From an uncultured Christensenella sp. (GTDB lineage Bacteria; Bacillota; Clostridia; Christensenellales; DTU072): 53,267 nucleotides of DNA. Under the pieces are notes generated by a model. It searched no databases. It saw only the letters and a program-made list of their open reading frames with translations, and was not told where the DNA came from. Positions 26,887 to 37,914 of this stretch are shown one piece after another. Both the position numbers and the translations under genes were made by a program. How positions within the stretch are numbered: position 1 is the first letter of the stretch; every line of letters begins with the position of its first letter. The stretch covers positions 1 through 53,267 of the forward strand of contig CAZUJW010000007.1 of the NCBI GenBank assembly GCA_964620655.1, written 5' to 3'.

Positions 26887-29592
26887 ATGGCAGAAAAAAC
26901 CTATGCAATCGTTGACGGCGTGGAAAAACTCGAAGAAGCGATAAAGAGAGTGAGAGCCGCGCAGAAAAAGTTTGCTACCTACACGCAGGAACAAGTTGAC
27001 AAAATCTTCTTTGCAGCGGCGTGCGCCGCAGACAAGATGAGAATTCCGCTCGCTAAAATGGCGGTGGAAGAGACCGGAATGGGTATAGTCGAAGACAAGG
27101 TGATAAAGAATCACTACGCCGCCGAATATATCTACAATGCGTACAGAGATACCCGTACCTGCGGAGTAATAGAAGGAGACAAGGCTTTCGGAATAAAGAA
27201 AATCGCCGAGCCGATAGGACTCGTTGCGGCGGTTATTCCGACGACCAACCCCACTTCGACCGCTATATTCAAGACCCTTATCTGTCTGAAAACAAGAAAC
27301 GGTATAATAATAAGCCCGCATCCGAGAGCAAAGAAGTCGACGATAGCCGCGGCTAAGGTCGTACTCGAAGCGGCAGTGGAGGCGGGAGCTCCCGAAGACA
27401 TAATAGGTTGGATAGACGTGCCGTCTCTCGATATGACCAATTTAATAATGAAAGAAGCCGACATAATACTCGCTACCGGCGGTCCCGGTATGGTTAAGGC
27501 GGCTTACAGTTCGGGCAAACCCGCTTTGGGCGTGGGTGCGGGCAACACTCCCGCAATAATCGACGAAACCGCCGATATAACCTTAGCGGTAAACTCCATT
27601 ATCCACAGCAAAACTTTCGACAACGGTATGATTTGCGCTTCCGAACAGTCGGTAATCGTACTCGACTCCGTGTACGATACGGTCAAGGGAGAGTTCGCAA
27701 GCCGCGGTTGCTATTTCCTTAACAAGGAAGAAACCGAAAAGGTAAGAAAGACTATTATAATAAACGGCGCGCTCAACGCAAAAATCGTCGGACAAAGCGC
27801 CGCTAAGATAGCCGCTCTTGCCGGCGTAATCGTACCGGAAGGAACGAAAATTCTTATAGGCGAAGTCGAGAGCGTGGAACTTTCGGAAGAATTCGCGCAC
27901 GAAAAACTTTCTCCCGTACTCGCAATGTACAGAGCCGCCGATATTCGGGACGCTTTCGGAAAAGCAGAGCAGCTCGTAGCCGACGGCGGATACGGACATA
28001 CTTCGTCCATTTATCTTAACGTAAACACCGAGCAGGAAAAACTTGAAGAATTCCAGAGCAGAATGAAGACTTGCAGAATTTTGGTCAACACTCCGTCTTC
28101 GCAGGGCGGAATAGGCGACCTTTACAACTTCAAATTGCGTCCGTCGCTCACGCTCGGTTGCGGCAGCTGGGGCGGTAACTCCGTTTCGGAAAACGTAGGA
28201 GTAAAACATCTTATCAATATAAAAACAGTAGCGGAAAGGAGAGAAAATATGCTTTGGTTCAGAGCTCCCGAAAAGGTATATATAAAGAAAGGTTGCTTAC
28301 CCGTAGCTCTCGACGAATTAAAAACCGTCATGGGCAAGAAAAAATGTTTCATCGTTACCGACAGTTTTCTTTATAATTACGGTTACACTAAGCCTATCAC
28401 CGACAAGCTCGACGAAATGGGTATAGCTCACACCGCTTTCTTCGACGTGGCTCCCGATCCTACTCTCGCTTGCGCGAAGGAAGGCGCGGCTCAGATGAGA
28501 GCCTTCAAGCCCGACTGCATCATAGCTTTGGGCGGCGGTTCTGCTATGGACGCAGGCAAAATCATGTGGGTTATGTACGAACATCCCGAAGTGGACTTTA
28601 TGGATATGGCTATGCGTTTTATGGACATAAGAAAGCGTGTCTATACCTTCCCGAAGATGGGCGAAAAAGCGTACTTTATCGCTATACCGACTTCCGCGGG
28701 AACGGGCAGCGAAGTTACTCCCTTCGCGGTAATCACCGACGAAAAGACGGGAGTCAAGTATCCGCTCGCAGACTATGAATTGTTACCCAAAATGGCAATT
28801 ATAGATACCGATTTTCATATGAGCGCGCCGAAAGGACTTACCGCCGCAAGCGGTATCGACGCGGTTACGCACGCATTGGAAGCGTACGCGTCCATGATGG
28901 CTACCGACTACACCGACGGACTTGCTCTCAAAGCCCTGAAGACTATCTTTACCTATCTTCCGAGAGCTTACGACAACGGTCTTAACGACGTCGAAGCGAG
29001 AGAAAAAATGGCTAACGCCGCCACTATGGCAGGTATGGCTTTCGCCAATGCTTTCTTAGGAGTATGCCACTCCATGGCGCACAAATTAGGTGCCTTCCAT
29101 CATCTCCCGCACGGGGTAGCCAACGCTCTTATGATAGACGAAGTGTTGCGTTTCAACGCCGCCGAAGTTCCCGCAAAGATGGGTACTTTTCCGCAGTACG
29201 GATATCCTCACACTCTCGCCCGTTACGCCGAAGTAGCCGACTATCTCGGAATAAAAGGGGAAAACGACCAAGAAAAGCTTGACAATTTGATAAAAGAGAT
29301 AGATAAATTAAAAGAGAGAGTAGGAATTAAGGCTACGATAAAGGAATACGTGCCCGACGAAACGGATTTTCTTGATAGATTGGACGCAATGGTAGAGCAG
29401 GCTTTCGACGACCAATGCACCGGAGCTAATCCGAGATATCCTCTTATGAGCGAGATAAAACAAATGTATCTCGACGCTTACTACGGAAAGACCTTTACCG
29501 AAAAGGAAATTCCTGCCTATGAAATAAAGAAAGAAACCGACGTTCACGACTTTAAGGAAGTTTATCGCAAAAATAAACCCACACGCAAATAA
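26887..29592 (+). CDS. adhE: Bifunctional acetaldehyde-CoA/alcohol dehydrogenase
   Basis: ALDH domain (FDNGMICASEQ, LTLGCGSWGGNS), Fe-ADH domain (GGGSAMD, HSMAHKLG, HGVANA). Confidence 0.97.
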   Translation: MAEKTYAIVDGVEKLEEAIKRVRAAQKKFATYTQEQVDKIFFAAACAADKMRIPLAKMAVEETGMGIVEDKVIKNHYAAEYIYNAYRDTRTCGVIEGDKAFGIKKIAEPIGLVAAVIPTTNPTSTAIFKTLICLKTRNGIIISPHPRAKKSTIAAAKVVLEAAVEAGAPEDIIGWIDVPSLDMTNLIMKEADIILATGGPGMVKAAYSSGKPALGVGAGNTPAIIDETADITLAVNSIIHSKTFDNGMICASEQSVIVLDSVYDTVKGEFASRGCYFLNKEETEKVRKTIIINGALNAKIVGQSAAKIAALAGVIVPEGTKILIGEVESVELSEEFAHEKLSPVLAMYRAADIRDAFGKAEQLVADGGYGHTSSIYLNVNTEQEKLEEFQSRMKTCRILVNTPSSQGGIGDLYNFKLRPSLTLGCGSWGGNSVSENVGVKHLINIKTVAERRENMLWFRAPEKVYIKKGCLPVALDELKTVMGKKKCFIVTDSFLYNYGYTKPITDKLDEMGIAHTAFFDVAPDPTLACAKEGAAQMRAFKPDCIIALGGGSAMDAGKIMWVMYEHPEVDFMDMAMRFMDIRKRVYTFPKMGEKAYFIAIPTSAGTGSEVTPFAVITDEKTGVKYPLADYELLPKMAIIDTDFHMSAPKGLTAASGIDAVTHALEAYASMMATDYTDGLALKALKTIFTYLPRAYDNGLNDVEAREKMANAATMAGMAFANAFLGVCHSMAHKLGAFHHLPHGVANALMIDEVLRFNAAEVPAKMGTFPQYGYPHTLARYAEVADYLGIKGENDQEKLDNLIKEIDKLKERVGIKATIKEYVPDETDFLDRLDAMVEQAFDDQCTGANPRYPLMSEIKQMYLDAYYGKTFTEKEIPAYEIKKETDVHDFKEVYRKNKPTRK

Positions 29593-29605
29593 GGGAGGTA
29601 GCGTT

Positions 29606-30355
29606 ATGAATTTAGACAGAGTTATTGCCGTAAGGAACAATAAGACCGTCTACCGCGACGGCGACAATTGCGTAAAGGTATTCGACAGCGAGTTTTCCAA
29701 GGCGGATATCCTTAACGAAGCTCTCAATCAGGCAAGAGTGGAAGAAACGGGACTCAATATTCCGAAAATAAAGGAAGTGACGACTATCGACGGAAAGTGG
29801 GCTATCGTATCCGAGTTTATAAAAGGCAAGACCTTAGCCAGACTTATGGAAGAAAATCCCGAAAAGAAACACGAATATCTCGAAAAGTTCGTGGACTTAC
29901 AGATAGAAGTTCAGTCCAAAAGATGTCCCCTTCTCAACAAACTGAAAGACAAGATGAACAGAAAAATCTCGCAGGCGGATCTGGACGCAACCACCCGTTA
30001 CGACCTTCATACTCGTCTCGAAGGGATGCCTAAGCACACCAAACTTTGCCACGGCGACTTCAACCCGTCCAACGTGATTATCGCGGAAGACGGAACGGCG
30101 TACATAATCGACTGGTCTCACGCAACGCAGGGCAACGCTTCCGCCGACGTGGCAAGAACGTATCTTTTGTTCTGGCTGGCGGGAGAAATAGACGACGCCA
30201 ACGAGTACCTTGACCTATTCTGCAAAAAAACCGACACCGCAAAACAGTACGTTCAGAAATGGATGCCGATAGTGGCGGCTTCGCAGTCGGTAAAAGGAAA
30301 CGAAAAAGAAAGAGAATTCCTTCTCTCGTGGGTAGACGTGGTAGATTACGAATAA
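29606..30355 (+). CDS. APH/kinase-like phosphotransferase (putative Ser/Thr kinase of the adhE-hydS cluster)
   Basis: CHGDFNPSN and IIDW kinase motifs. Confidence 0.85.
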   Translation: MNLDRVIAVRNNKTVYRDGDNCVKVFDSEFSKADILNEALNQARVEETGLNIPKIKEVTTIDGKWAIVSEFIKGKTLARLMEENPEKKHEYLEKFVDLQIEVQSKRCPLLNKLKDKMNRKISQADLDATTRYDLHTRLEGMPKHTKLCHGDFNPSNVIIAEDGTAYIIDWSHATQGNASADVARTYLLFWLAGEIDDANEYLDLFCKKTDTAKQYVQKWMPIVAASQSVKGNEKEREFLLSWVDVVDYE

Positions 30356-30369
30356 AAGGAGAAAAAATT

Positions 30370-30615
30370 ATGGTTAAGATTATGGTATGTATAGGTAGTT
30401 CCTGTCACCTTAAAGGCTCTCGTCAGGTAGTGGAACAGCTCCAGTATCTCATCGGAGAAAATGGGCTTAAAGACAAAGTCGAACTCGGCGGAACTTTTTG
30501 TATGGGCAGATGTCAGGAAGGCGTATGCGTAACGGTCGACGGCGAATTTTTCTCCGTGACTCCCGATACGGCGAAAGTGTTCTTTGAAGAAAACGTTCTT
30601 CCGAGAGTAAAATAA
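30370..30615 (+). CDS. Thioredoxin-like [2Fe-2S] ferredoxin (HfsA-like), copy 1
   Basis: VCIGSSCHLKGS, FCMGRC; start reassigned to ATG 30370 after AAGGAG. Confidence 0.88.
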   Translation: MVKIMVCIGSSCHLKGSRQVVEQLQYLIGENGLKDKVELGGTFCMGRCQEGVCVTVDGEFFSVTPDTAKVFFEENVLPRVK

Positions 30616-30629
30616 AAGGAAGTAAAAAA

Positions 30630-30890
30630 ATGGTGATTATACAAGTGTGCGTTGGCAGTTCTTGTCACCTTAAAGGAGCTCCGCAGATAGTGGAGCTCTT
30701 GCAAAGACGCATAGCGGAAGAAAAGCTGGAAGACGAAATAGTGCTTACCGGTAGTTTTTGTGCAGGCAAGTGCAATCGCGTAGGTGTGACCGTTACGATA
30801 AACGACGATATATACCCGGGAATTACCGTCGAGAACTTTAACGAGTTCTGGAACGATAAAATTATGCCCACCGTTATAAAAAACAGATAA
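30630..30890 (+). CDS. Thioredoxin-like [2Fe-2S] ferredoxin (HfsA-like), copy 2
   Basis: VCVGSSCHLKGA, FCAGKC. Confidence 0.88.
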   Translation: MVIIQVCVGSSCHLKGAPQIVELLQRRIAEEKLEDEIVLTGSFCAGKCNRVGVTVTINDDIYPGITVENFNEFWNDKIMPTVIKNR

Positions 30891-30915
30891 CAAAAGAAAA
30901 AAGGAAGTAAAAGCA

Positions 30916-31860
30916 ATGAACAAAATAACGATTATCGGAAGCGGAAGAGTAGGTTCTACGATAGCCTACTCGTTGACTTGCAGGGGATTTGCGTCCGAGA
31001 TAGTAATAATAGACATCAACGGCGAAAGAGCGTTGGGCGAAGCGTTGGATATCCGTCAGGGATTGCCGTTCGACGAACCTTGTTCGGTATACGCCGGAAA
31101 TTACGACGACGCGAAAGACTCCGACATAGTGATAATTACGTCGGGTATAGCAAGACAGCCCGGTCAAACCCGTCTCGACCTAATAAAGACTAATATAAAC
31201 ATTCAGAAGTCTATTATCCCCGAAATAGTAAAACACGCTCCCGACGCGGTTTACATAATGGTCAGCAATCCCGTCGACGTGCTTACTTACACGTTCTGCC
31301 GTCTTTCGGGAATACCCGAACATAAGATAATCGGTTCGGGCACCATTCTCGACACGGCAAGACTACGTTCTCGCCTTGCCGAATACTGCGATATAGACGC
31401 CGGCAGCATAAACGCTTACGTTTTCGGAGAACACGGCGACTCGTCCTTTATTCCGTGGTCGGTCGCCAACATAGCCGGCGTCCCCGTGGATATGTACGAA
31501 AACGGTTTGTTCGACAAGAAGATAGTGACTTCAAAAATCGACAAATCGGAGATAGAAAAGTACGTCAGAAGCTCCGGTTCTCGCGTGATAGCGAGAAAGG
31601 GCGCTACCTTCTACGCCGTCTCCAGCAACGTGTGCCATATCTGTAAAGCGGTACTTAGAGGAACCAACACCGCTATGACGGTATCCACCCTTATGCACGG
31701 AGAGTACGGAGTGGACGACGTATGTTTAAGTACCCTTGCCATAGTGGGTAAGGGCGGCGTCGTCGGCAAAGTCAACCTGCCCCTTAACGAAGAAGAGGTG
31801 GCGGCTCTTAAAAACAGCGCGGATATACTGAAAGGAATAATAAAAGAACTCGATATATAA
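30916..31860 (+). CDS. Lactate/malate dehydrogenase family; Arg102 suggests malate dehydrogenase
   Basis: GSGRVG, mobile loop GIARQPGQTRLDL, SNPVD, GEHGDS. Confidence 0.9.
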   Translation: MNKITIIGSGRVGSTIAYSLTCRGFASEIVIIDINGERALGEALDIRQGLPFDEPCSVYAGNYDDAKDSDIVIITSGIARQPGQTRLDLIKTNINIQKSIIPEIVKHAPDAVYIMVSNPVDVLTYTFCRLSGIPEHKIIGSGTILDTARLRSRLAEYCDIDAGSINAYVFGEHGDSSFIPWSVANIAGVPVDMYENGLFDKKIVTSKIDKSEIEKYVRSSGSRVIARKGATFYAVSSNVCHICKAVLRGTNTAMTVSTLMHGEYGVDDVCLSTLAIVGKGGVVGKVNLPLNEEEVAALKNSADILKGIIKELDI

Positions 31861-31876
31861 AGGGGTAAATTCGTAA

Positions 31877-33550
31877 ATGGAATTTCTTACGTTAAAAAAA
31901 TCCAACTGCAAAAACTGCTACAAATGTATTCGTCATTGTCCCGTTAAATCGATAAGATTTTCGGGCAACCAGGCTCACATTATCGGCAACGAATGTATTC
32001 TTTGCGGACAATGTTTCGTCGTATGTCCGCAAAACGCCAAGGAAATAACCAGCGAAGTCGAAAAGGCGAAAGTGCTTATCCAGTCGGGCAGTCCGGTAAT
32101 AGTAAGCCTTGCGCCGTCGTTTATCGCCAATTACGACGGAATAGGTATCGGCGGTATGAAAGAAGGGTTGAAAAAACTCGGTTTTGCCGACGTTGAAGAG
32201 ACTGCCGTCGGCGCTACCATCGTAAAGAGAGAATACGAAAGAATGTTGCGTGAAGACGGCAGGGATATAGTTATATCGTCCTGCTGCCACTCGATTAACC
32301 TTCTTATACAGAAATATTTTCCGAGAGAACTTCCTTATCTTGCCGACGTGATGTCGCCGATGCTCGCTCACGCGGAAGATATAAAGAAAAGACGCCCCGA
32401 CGCGAAAGTCGTCTTTATAGGACCTTGCGTATCCAAAAAAGACGAAGCCGACTACTACGACGGGATAGTGGACGCGGTTCTTACCTACGAAGAACTCACC
32501 GAGTGGTTCAAAGACAGCGGGATAGAATTAAAACCCGATATGGACGAAACCGAAGAAAGCAGAGCGAGATTTTTCCCGACTACGGGCGGAATACTGAAAA
32601 CCCTTTCCGATACCCTTCCCGAATATCAATACATGGCTCTCGACGGAGTGGAAAACTGTATTGCCGCTCTCAAAGATATCGAAAGCGGCAACGTGCATCA
32701 CGCCTTTATAGAGATGTCGGCGTGCGTGGGAAGTTGTGTCGGCGGTCCGGTTATGGAAAAATATCATCGTTCTCCGGTGAAGGACTACATAGCGGTATCC
32801 CGTTACGCCGGGAAGAAAGATTTTGACGTGGCGCAGCCCGAAAGCGTCGAAATTAAGAAGCATTTTGCTCCCATAGAAAGAAGAAACGCTCGTCCGTCGG
32901 ACGAAGAGATAGAAAAGGTACTTCGCGAAATGGGCAAGACAAAACCCGAAGACGAACTCAATTGCGGTTCTTGCGGGTACGACACCTGTCGCGAAAAAGC
33001 CATCGCCATTTTGCACGGCAAGGCGGAAATATCGATGTGCCTGCCGTACCTTAAAGAAAAAGCGGAAAGTTTTTCCGACTGTATCGTAAACAACACCCCC
33101 AACGGACTTTTCGTACTCAATGAAAAGCTCGAAGTTCAGCAAATAAACCTTGCCGCAAGAAAGATTATGAATATCCGTTCTGCGTCCGACGTTCTCGGCG
33201 AACCGGTGGTAAGAATACTCGACCCGTCGGAGTTTGTCAAAGTTTTGGAAACCAAACGGGGAATTAAAAACAAGAGAATTTATCTTGCCGAATACGACAG
33301 ATACGTCGAACAGACAATAGTTTACGACTCGGTATACCACCTGCTCATCTGCATAATGCGAGACGTTACCGACGAAGAAAACGAAAAAGAAAAGAAAGAA
33401 AACATCAGCCGTCAGACGGTGGAAATCGCCGACAACGTGGTAGACAAGCAGATGCGTATCGTACAGGAGATAGCGTCGCTTCTCGGAGAAACCGCCGCCG
33501 AAACGAAGATAGCCCTTACCAAATTGAAGGAGTCGATAGTAAATGAATGA
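31877..33550 (+). CDS. hfsB: PAS-domain sensory [FeFe]-hydrogenase (HydS/HfsB-like, group C)
   Basis: 2x[4Fe-4S] N-terminus, SSCCH / GPC..KK.E / EMSAC.GSC.GG H-cluster motifs, NCGSCGY.TC FeS domain, C-terminal PAS domain. Confidence 0.88.
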   Translation: MEFLTLKKSNCKNCYKCIRHCPVKSIRFSGNQAHIIGNECILCGQCFVVCPQNAKEITSEVEKAKVLIQSGSPVIVSLAPSFIANYDGIGIGGMKEGLKKLGFADVEETAVGATIVKREYERMLREDGRDIVISSCCHSINLLIQKYFPRELPYLADVMSPMLAHAEDIKKRRPDAKVVFIGPCVSKKDEADYYDGIVDAVLTYEELTEWFKDSGIELKPDMDETEESRARFFPTTGGILKTLSDTLPEYQYMALDGVENCIAALKDIESGNVHHAFIEMSACVGSCVGGPVMEKYHRSPVKDYIAVSRYAGKKDFDVAQPESVEIKKHFAPIERRNARPSDEEIEKVLREMGKTKPEDELNCGSCGYDTCREKAIAILHGKAEISMCLPYLKEKAESFSDCIVNNTPNGLFVLNEKLEVQQINLAARKIMNIRSASDVLGEPVVRILDPSEFVKVLETKRGIKNKRIYLAEYDRYVEQTIVYDSVYHLLICIMRDVTDEENEKEKKENISRQTVEIADNVVDKQMRIVQEIASLLGETAAETKIALTKLKESIVNE

Positions 33551-34715
33551 TTTATGCGTCGATATAGGATATAAGAGCATTAACCATTTCGGAGAACAGC
33601 TCTGCGGCGACCACGTCGACGTGGTAGAACGGGACGAAAACTCCACCGTGGTGGTCCTTGCGGACGGATTGGGGAGCGGAGTCAAGGCAAGTATCCTTTC
33701 CACCCTTACATCGAAAATAATTTCCACGATGATGGCGGAAGGGCTTTCTATCGAAGACTGCGTGGAGACCATTGCCGCCACCTTGCCTATATGTTCGGTA
33801 AGGGGAGTGGCTTATTCCACCTTTACCATTATCCATATCGTAAACAACAAAGAAGCCGAACTTATCCAGTACGATAATCCGCAAGTCATTTTATTAAGAG
33901 ACTGCAAAAACTACGAATATCCGAAAGTCGAAATGAACATCGGCGGGAAGAAGATATTCAAATCGGTTATAAAGTTACGCGAAGGGGATATTTTCGTGGC
34001 GATGAGCGACGGTTGTCCGCACGCCGGACTCGGAATGAGATACAATTTCGGTTGGAGCAGGGCGGAGATAATAAGTTTTTTAGAAACGATAGCTCACGTA
34101 GGGTACACCGCAAAGACCTATTCGACTATACTCGTGGACGAATGTAACAAACTTTACGGATACAAACCGGGCGACGATACCACCGCATGCGTGATAAAGG
34201 TAAGGCAGAGAGTGCCTATGAATATTCTGTTCGGACCGCCCTCAAACCGCGACGACGCCAACAGGATGATGGCGCTGTTCTTTTCCAAGGAAGGAAAACA
34301 TATCGTCTGCGGCGGAACCACTTCGTCTATCGCCGCTAAATATCTCGGCAAACCCATTAGAGCCAACCTTAACTATTTCGGCGGCGACGTACCCCCGACG
34401 GCGGAGATAGAAGGGGTTGATTTAGTAACCGAAGGAGTAATTACCATAAATAAAGTTCTCGAATACGCCAAAGACGCTTTGGGCGAAAACAAACTTTACG
34501 AAACGTGGAGTATGGGACGGGACGGCGCGAGCCTTATATGCCGACTTCTTTTCGAAGAAGCCACGGATATAAACTTTTACGTCGGCAGAGCGATGAACCC
34601 CGCGCACCAGAACCCGGATCTGCCGATAAACTTCAATATAAAAATGAACCTTGTCGAAGAGCTGTCGAAGTGTCTTCGTCAGATGGGCAAAAAAATAAAA
34701 GTAAGTTATTTCTAA
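33543..34715 (+). CDS. hfsC: SpoIIE/PP2C-type Ser/Thr phosphatase (HfsC-like)
   Basis: CGD, ADGLGSGVKA, SDG, GDDTT. Confidence 0.88.
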   Translation: MNDLCVDIGYKSINHFGEQLCGDHVDVVERDENSTVVVLADGLGSGVKASILSTLTSKIISTMMAEGLSIEDCVETIAATLPICSVRGVAYSTFTIIHIVNNKEAELIQYDNPQVILLRDCKNYEYPKVEMNIGGKKIFKSVIKLREGDIFVAMSDGCPHAGLGMRYNFGWSRAEIISFLETIAHVGYTAKTYSTILVDECNKLYGYKPGDDTTACVIKVRQRVPMNILFGPPSNRDDANRMMALFFSKEGKHIVCGGTTSSIAAKYLGKPIRANLNYFGGDVPPTAEIEGVDLVTEGVITINKVLEYAKDALGENKLYETWSMGRDGASLICRLLFEEATDINFYVGRAMNPAHQNPDLPINFNIKMNLVEELSKCLRQMGKKIKVSYF

Positions 34716-34734
34716 GGAGAAAAACGATAAGGAA

Positions 34735-36162
34735 ATGAGAAAATTCGATACCAAAGTGCAGTACCTTAAATACAAGGTATTGAGAGAAGTGGCGAGAGAA
34801 GCGTGGGCGGACAGACTGCCCGAGACGGCTATCGACATACCGAAGACCATTGTTCCCGGTAAAGTGCCTACCATGCGCTGCTGCGTATACAAAGAAAGAG
34901 CTATTCTTGCCGAAAGAGTAAAAATAGCCATGGGCGGGGATAAAGAAAACCCCAACGTAATCGAAGTCATAGACATAGCTTGCGACGAGTGTCCCATGGG
35001 TGGATACGAAGTCACTAATTCCTGCCGCGGATGTCTTGCGCACCGCTGCGAAGACGTGTGCCGTTTCGGAGCCATTACTTTCGATCACAACCACGTAGCC
35101 CACATAGACAAAACCAAGTGTAAAGAATGCGGCGCCTGCGCGAAAGTTTGTCCTTACAGCGCTATCCGCAACTTCAAGCGCCCTTGCGAAACCGCTTGTA
35201 AAGTCAAAGCCATATCCATGGGCGCGGAAAAGGAAGCGTGCATAGACAACTCGAAGTGCATAGCCTGCGGAGCCTGCGTATATCAGTGTCCGTTCGGGGC
35301 TATTACCGACAAGTCGTATATTCTTAACGTGATAGACCTTATAAAAAAGAGCGAACAGAACACTAAGTTTAAGGTGTTCGCAATAGTCGCTCCGTCCGTT
35401 TCCAGTCAGTTTACCTACGCAAAATTAGGACAAGTAGTCAGCGGACTTAAAGAGTTAGGATTTTATACCGTTATAGAAGCCGCCCTCGGAGCCGATATGG
35501 TGGCGCAAGCAGAGTCGAAAGAACTCGTCGAAAAAGGATTCCTTACGTCGTCCTGCTGTCCCGCGTTCGTAGATTATATCGACAAAAACTTCCCCGACCT
35601 TAAACCTTTCGTGTCGCACAATCTTTCGCCTATGGCTACGATAGCAAAATACATTAAAGAACACGAAGCGCCCTGTAAGACCGTGTTTATCGGACCGTGT
35701 ACCGCGAAGAAAGCCGAAGTTATGAAAGAAAGCGTCAAGCCGTACGTCGACGTGGCGATGACTTTTGAAGAGTTGCAGGCGCTGTTCGACAGCAAGGATA
35801 TAGATATAACCGCCTTGAAAGAAGACGTTTTGGACAATGCGTCCTATTTCGGCAGAATATTCGCCCGTTGCGGCGGACTCTCCGACGCCGTTAAGGAAGG
35901 AATTAAGGAACAAAATCTCGATTTCGAAGTAAAACCTTATTCCTGCGACGGAATAGAAGCGTGCAGAATGGCTCTCCTTATGAAGAGTAAAGGAAAACTC
36001 GACGCCAACTTCATCGAAGGTATGGCGTGTATCGGCGGATGTATCGGCGGAGCGGGGTGTCTTACCCACGGTGAAAAGAACAAAGCCGAAGTCGATAAGT
36101 ACGGTATGCAGGCTTACGAAAAGACGATATCCGACGCCGTGTCGATGTTAAAGAGAGATTAG
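34735..36162 (+). CDS. hfsD: Ferredoxin-dependent monomeric [FeFe]-hydrogenase (HfsD/HydA2-like)
   Basis: Several CxxCxxCxxxCP clusters, TSSCCPA, FIGPC.AKK.E, EGMAC.GGCIGG. Confidence 0.9.
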   Translation: MRKFDTKVQYLKYKVLREVAREAWADRLPETAIDIPKTIVPGKVPTMRCCVYKERAILAERVKIAMGGDKENPNVIEVIDIACDECPMGGYEVTNSCRGCLAHRCEDVCRFGAITFDHNHVAHIDKTKCKECGACAKVCPYSAIRNFKRPCETACKVKAISMGAEKEACIDNSKCIACGACVYQCPFGAITDKSYILNVIDLIKKSEQNTKFKVFAIVAPSVSSQFTYAKLGQVVSGLKELGFYTVIEAALGADMVAQAESKELVEKGFLTSSCCPAFVDYIDKNFPDLKPFVSHNLSPMATIAKYIKEHEAPCKTVFIGPCTAKKAEVMKESVKPYVDVAMTFEELQALFDSKDIDITALKEDVLDNASYFGRIFARCGGLSDAVKEGIKEQNLDFEVKPYSCDGIEACRMALLMKSKGKLDANFIEGMACIGGCIGGAGCLTHGEKNKAEVDKYGMQAYEKTISDAVSMLKRD

Positions 36163-36306
36163 TCGGAGTATATCGGAGAAAAAGTAAAAAATATTGAAAA
36201 AACACCTTTCTCCGATATTACAAAACGACAAAACAGTGATACAATATAGTTGATGAAAAAATACTTGATAAAGTAAAAAATAAATATATAAAGTGAGGTT
36301 ATTAAA

Positions 36307-37914
36307 ATGGCAAAAATCGATTTAGCTAAGTACGGTATTACCGACGTAAAAGAGATTGTACATAATCCTTCTTACGAAACGTTGTTCGAAGAAGAAACCA
36401 AACCCGGTCTCGAAGGTTATGAGAAGGGACAGGTAAGCGAACTCGGCGCGGTAAACGTAATGACCGGTATCTACACCGGACGTTCCCCCAAAGATAAATT
36501 CATCGTTGTGGACGAAAACTCCAAAGACACCGTTTGGTGGACGAGCGAAGGCTACAAGAACGATAACCACCCCGCAAGCGAAGAAACGTGGAAGGCGGTT
36601 AAAGAAATCGCCGTTAAAGAACTCTGCGGCAAAAAACTTTACGTCGTAGACGCTTTCTGCGGAGCGAACAAGGACACCCGTATGGCGGTTCGTTTTATCG
36701 TCGAAGTAGCATGGCAGGCACACTTCATCACCAATATGTTCATTCGTCCTACCGCGGAAGAACTCGCCGCTTTCGAACCCGACTTCGTCGTCTATAACGC
36801 TTCCAAAGCAAAAGTCGAAAACTATAAAGAACTCGGACTTAACTCCGAAACCGCAGTCGTATTCAATATCACCAGCCGCGAACAGGTAATAATCAACACC
36901 TGGTACGGCGGAGAAATGAAGAAAGGTATGTTCTCGATGATGAACTACTATCTCCCCTTAAAAGGAATAGCTTCCATGCACTGCTCGGCAAACACCGACA
37001 TGGACGGAAAGAACACCGCTATCTTCTTCGGACTTTCCGGAACCGGTAAGACCACCCTTTCCACCGACCCGAAACGTCTCCTTATCGGCGACGACGAACA
37101 CGGTTGGGACGACAACGGAGTATTCAACTTCGAAGGCGGCTGCTACGCTAAGGTAATTAACCTTGATAGAGAAAGCGAACCCGATATCTACAACGCCATC
37201 AAACGCAACGCTCTTCTCGAAAACGTAACTCTCGACAAGGACGGAAAAATCGACTTTGCAGACAAGAGCGTAACCGAAAATACCAGAGTATCCTATCCTA
37301 TCGACCATATCGAAAAGATAGTACGCCCCGTATCTTCCGCTCCCGCCGCCAAGAACGTCATCTTCCTTTCCGCCGACGCGTTCGGAGTACTTCCCCCCGT
37401 ATCCGTTCTTACGCCGGAACAGACTCAGTACTACTTTCTTTCCGGATTTACCGCTAAACTTGCCGGTACCGAAAGAGGAATTACCGAACCTACTCCCACC
37501 TTCTCCGCTTGCTTCGGACAGGCATTCCTTGAATTGCACCCGACCAAATACGCGGAAGAACTCGTCAAAAAGATGGAAAAGAGCGGTGCTAAAGCTTATC
37601 TTGTCAACACCGGTTGGAACGGCACCGGAAAGCGTATCTCCATTAAGGACACCCGCGGCATAATCGACGCAATCCTTAGCGGCGCCATTAACGAAGCCGA
37701 CACCAAGACCATTCCGTATTTCGATTTCGAAGTACCTACCGCTTTGCCCGGAGTAGATTCTCACATTCTCGACCCGAGAGACACCTACGCCGACGCCGCC
37801 GAATGGGACAGAAAAGCCAAAGACCTTGCCGGAAGATTTATTAAAAACTTCGCTAAGTACACCGCCAACGAAAAGGGCGAAAGCCTCGTAAAGGCAGGAC
37901 CACGTATCGACTGA
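36307..37914 (+). CDS. pckA: Phosphoenolpyruvate carboxykinase (ATP)
   Basis: [40 protein letters not shown]. Confidence 0.97.
   Translation: MAKIDLAKYGITDVKEIVHNPSYETLFEEETKPGLEGYEKGQVSELGAVNVMTGIYTGRSPKDKFIVVDENSKDTVWWTSEGYKNDNHPASEETWKAVKEIAVKELCGKKLYVVDAFCGANKDTRMAVRFIVEVAWQAHFITNMFIRPTAEELAAFEPDFVVYNASKAKVENYKELGLNSETAVVFNITSREQVIINTWYGGEMKKGMFSMMNYYLPLKGIASMHCSANTDMDGKNTAIFFGLSGTGKTTLSTDPKRLLIGDDEHGWDDNGVFNFEGGCYAKVINLDRESEPDIYNAIKRNALLENVTLDKDGKIDFADKSVTENTRVSYPIDHIEKIVRPVSSAPAAKNVIFLSADAFGVLPPVSVLTPEQTQYYFLSGFTAKLAGTERGITEPTPTFSACFGQAFLELHPTKYAEELVKKMEKSGAKAYLVNTGWNGTGKRISIKDTRGIIDAILSGAINEADTKTIPYFDFEVPTALPGVDSHILDPRDTYADAAEWDRKAKDLAGRFIKNFAKYTANEKGESLVKAGPRID

Noticed and set aside
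32528-33781. 417-aa antisense ORF
   Set aside because: Shadow of the well-supported hfsB/hfsC genes.
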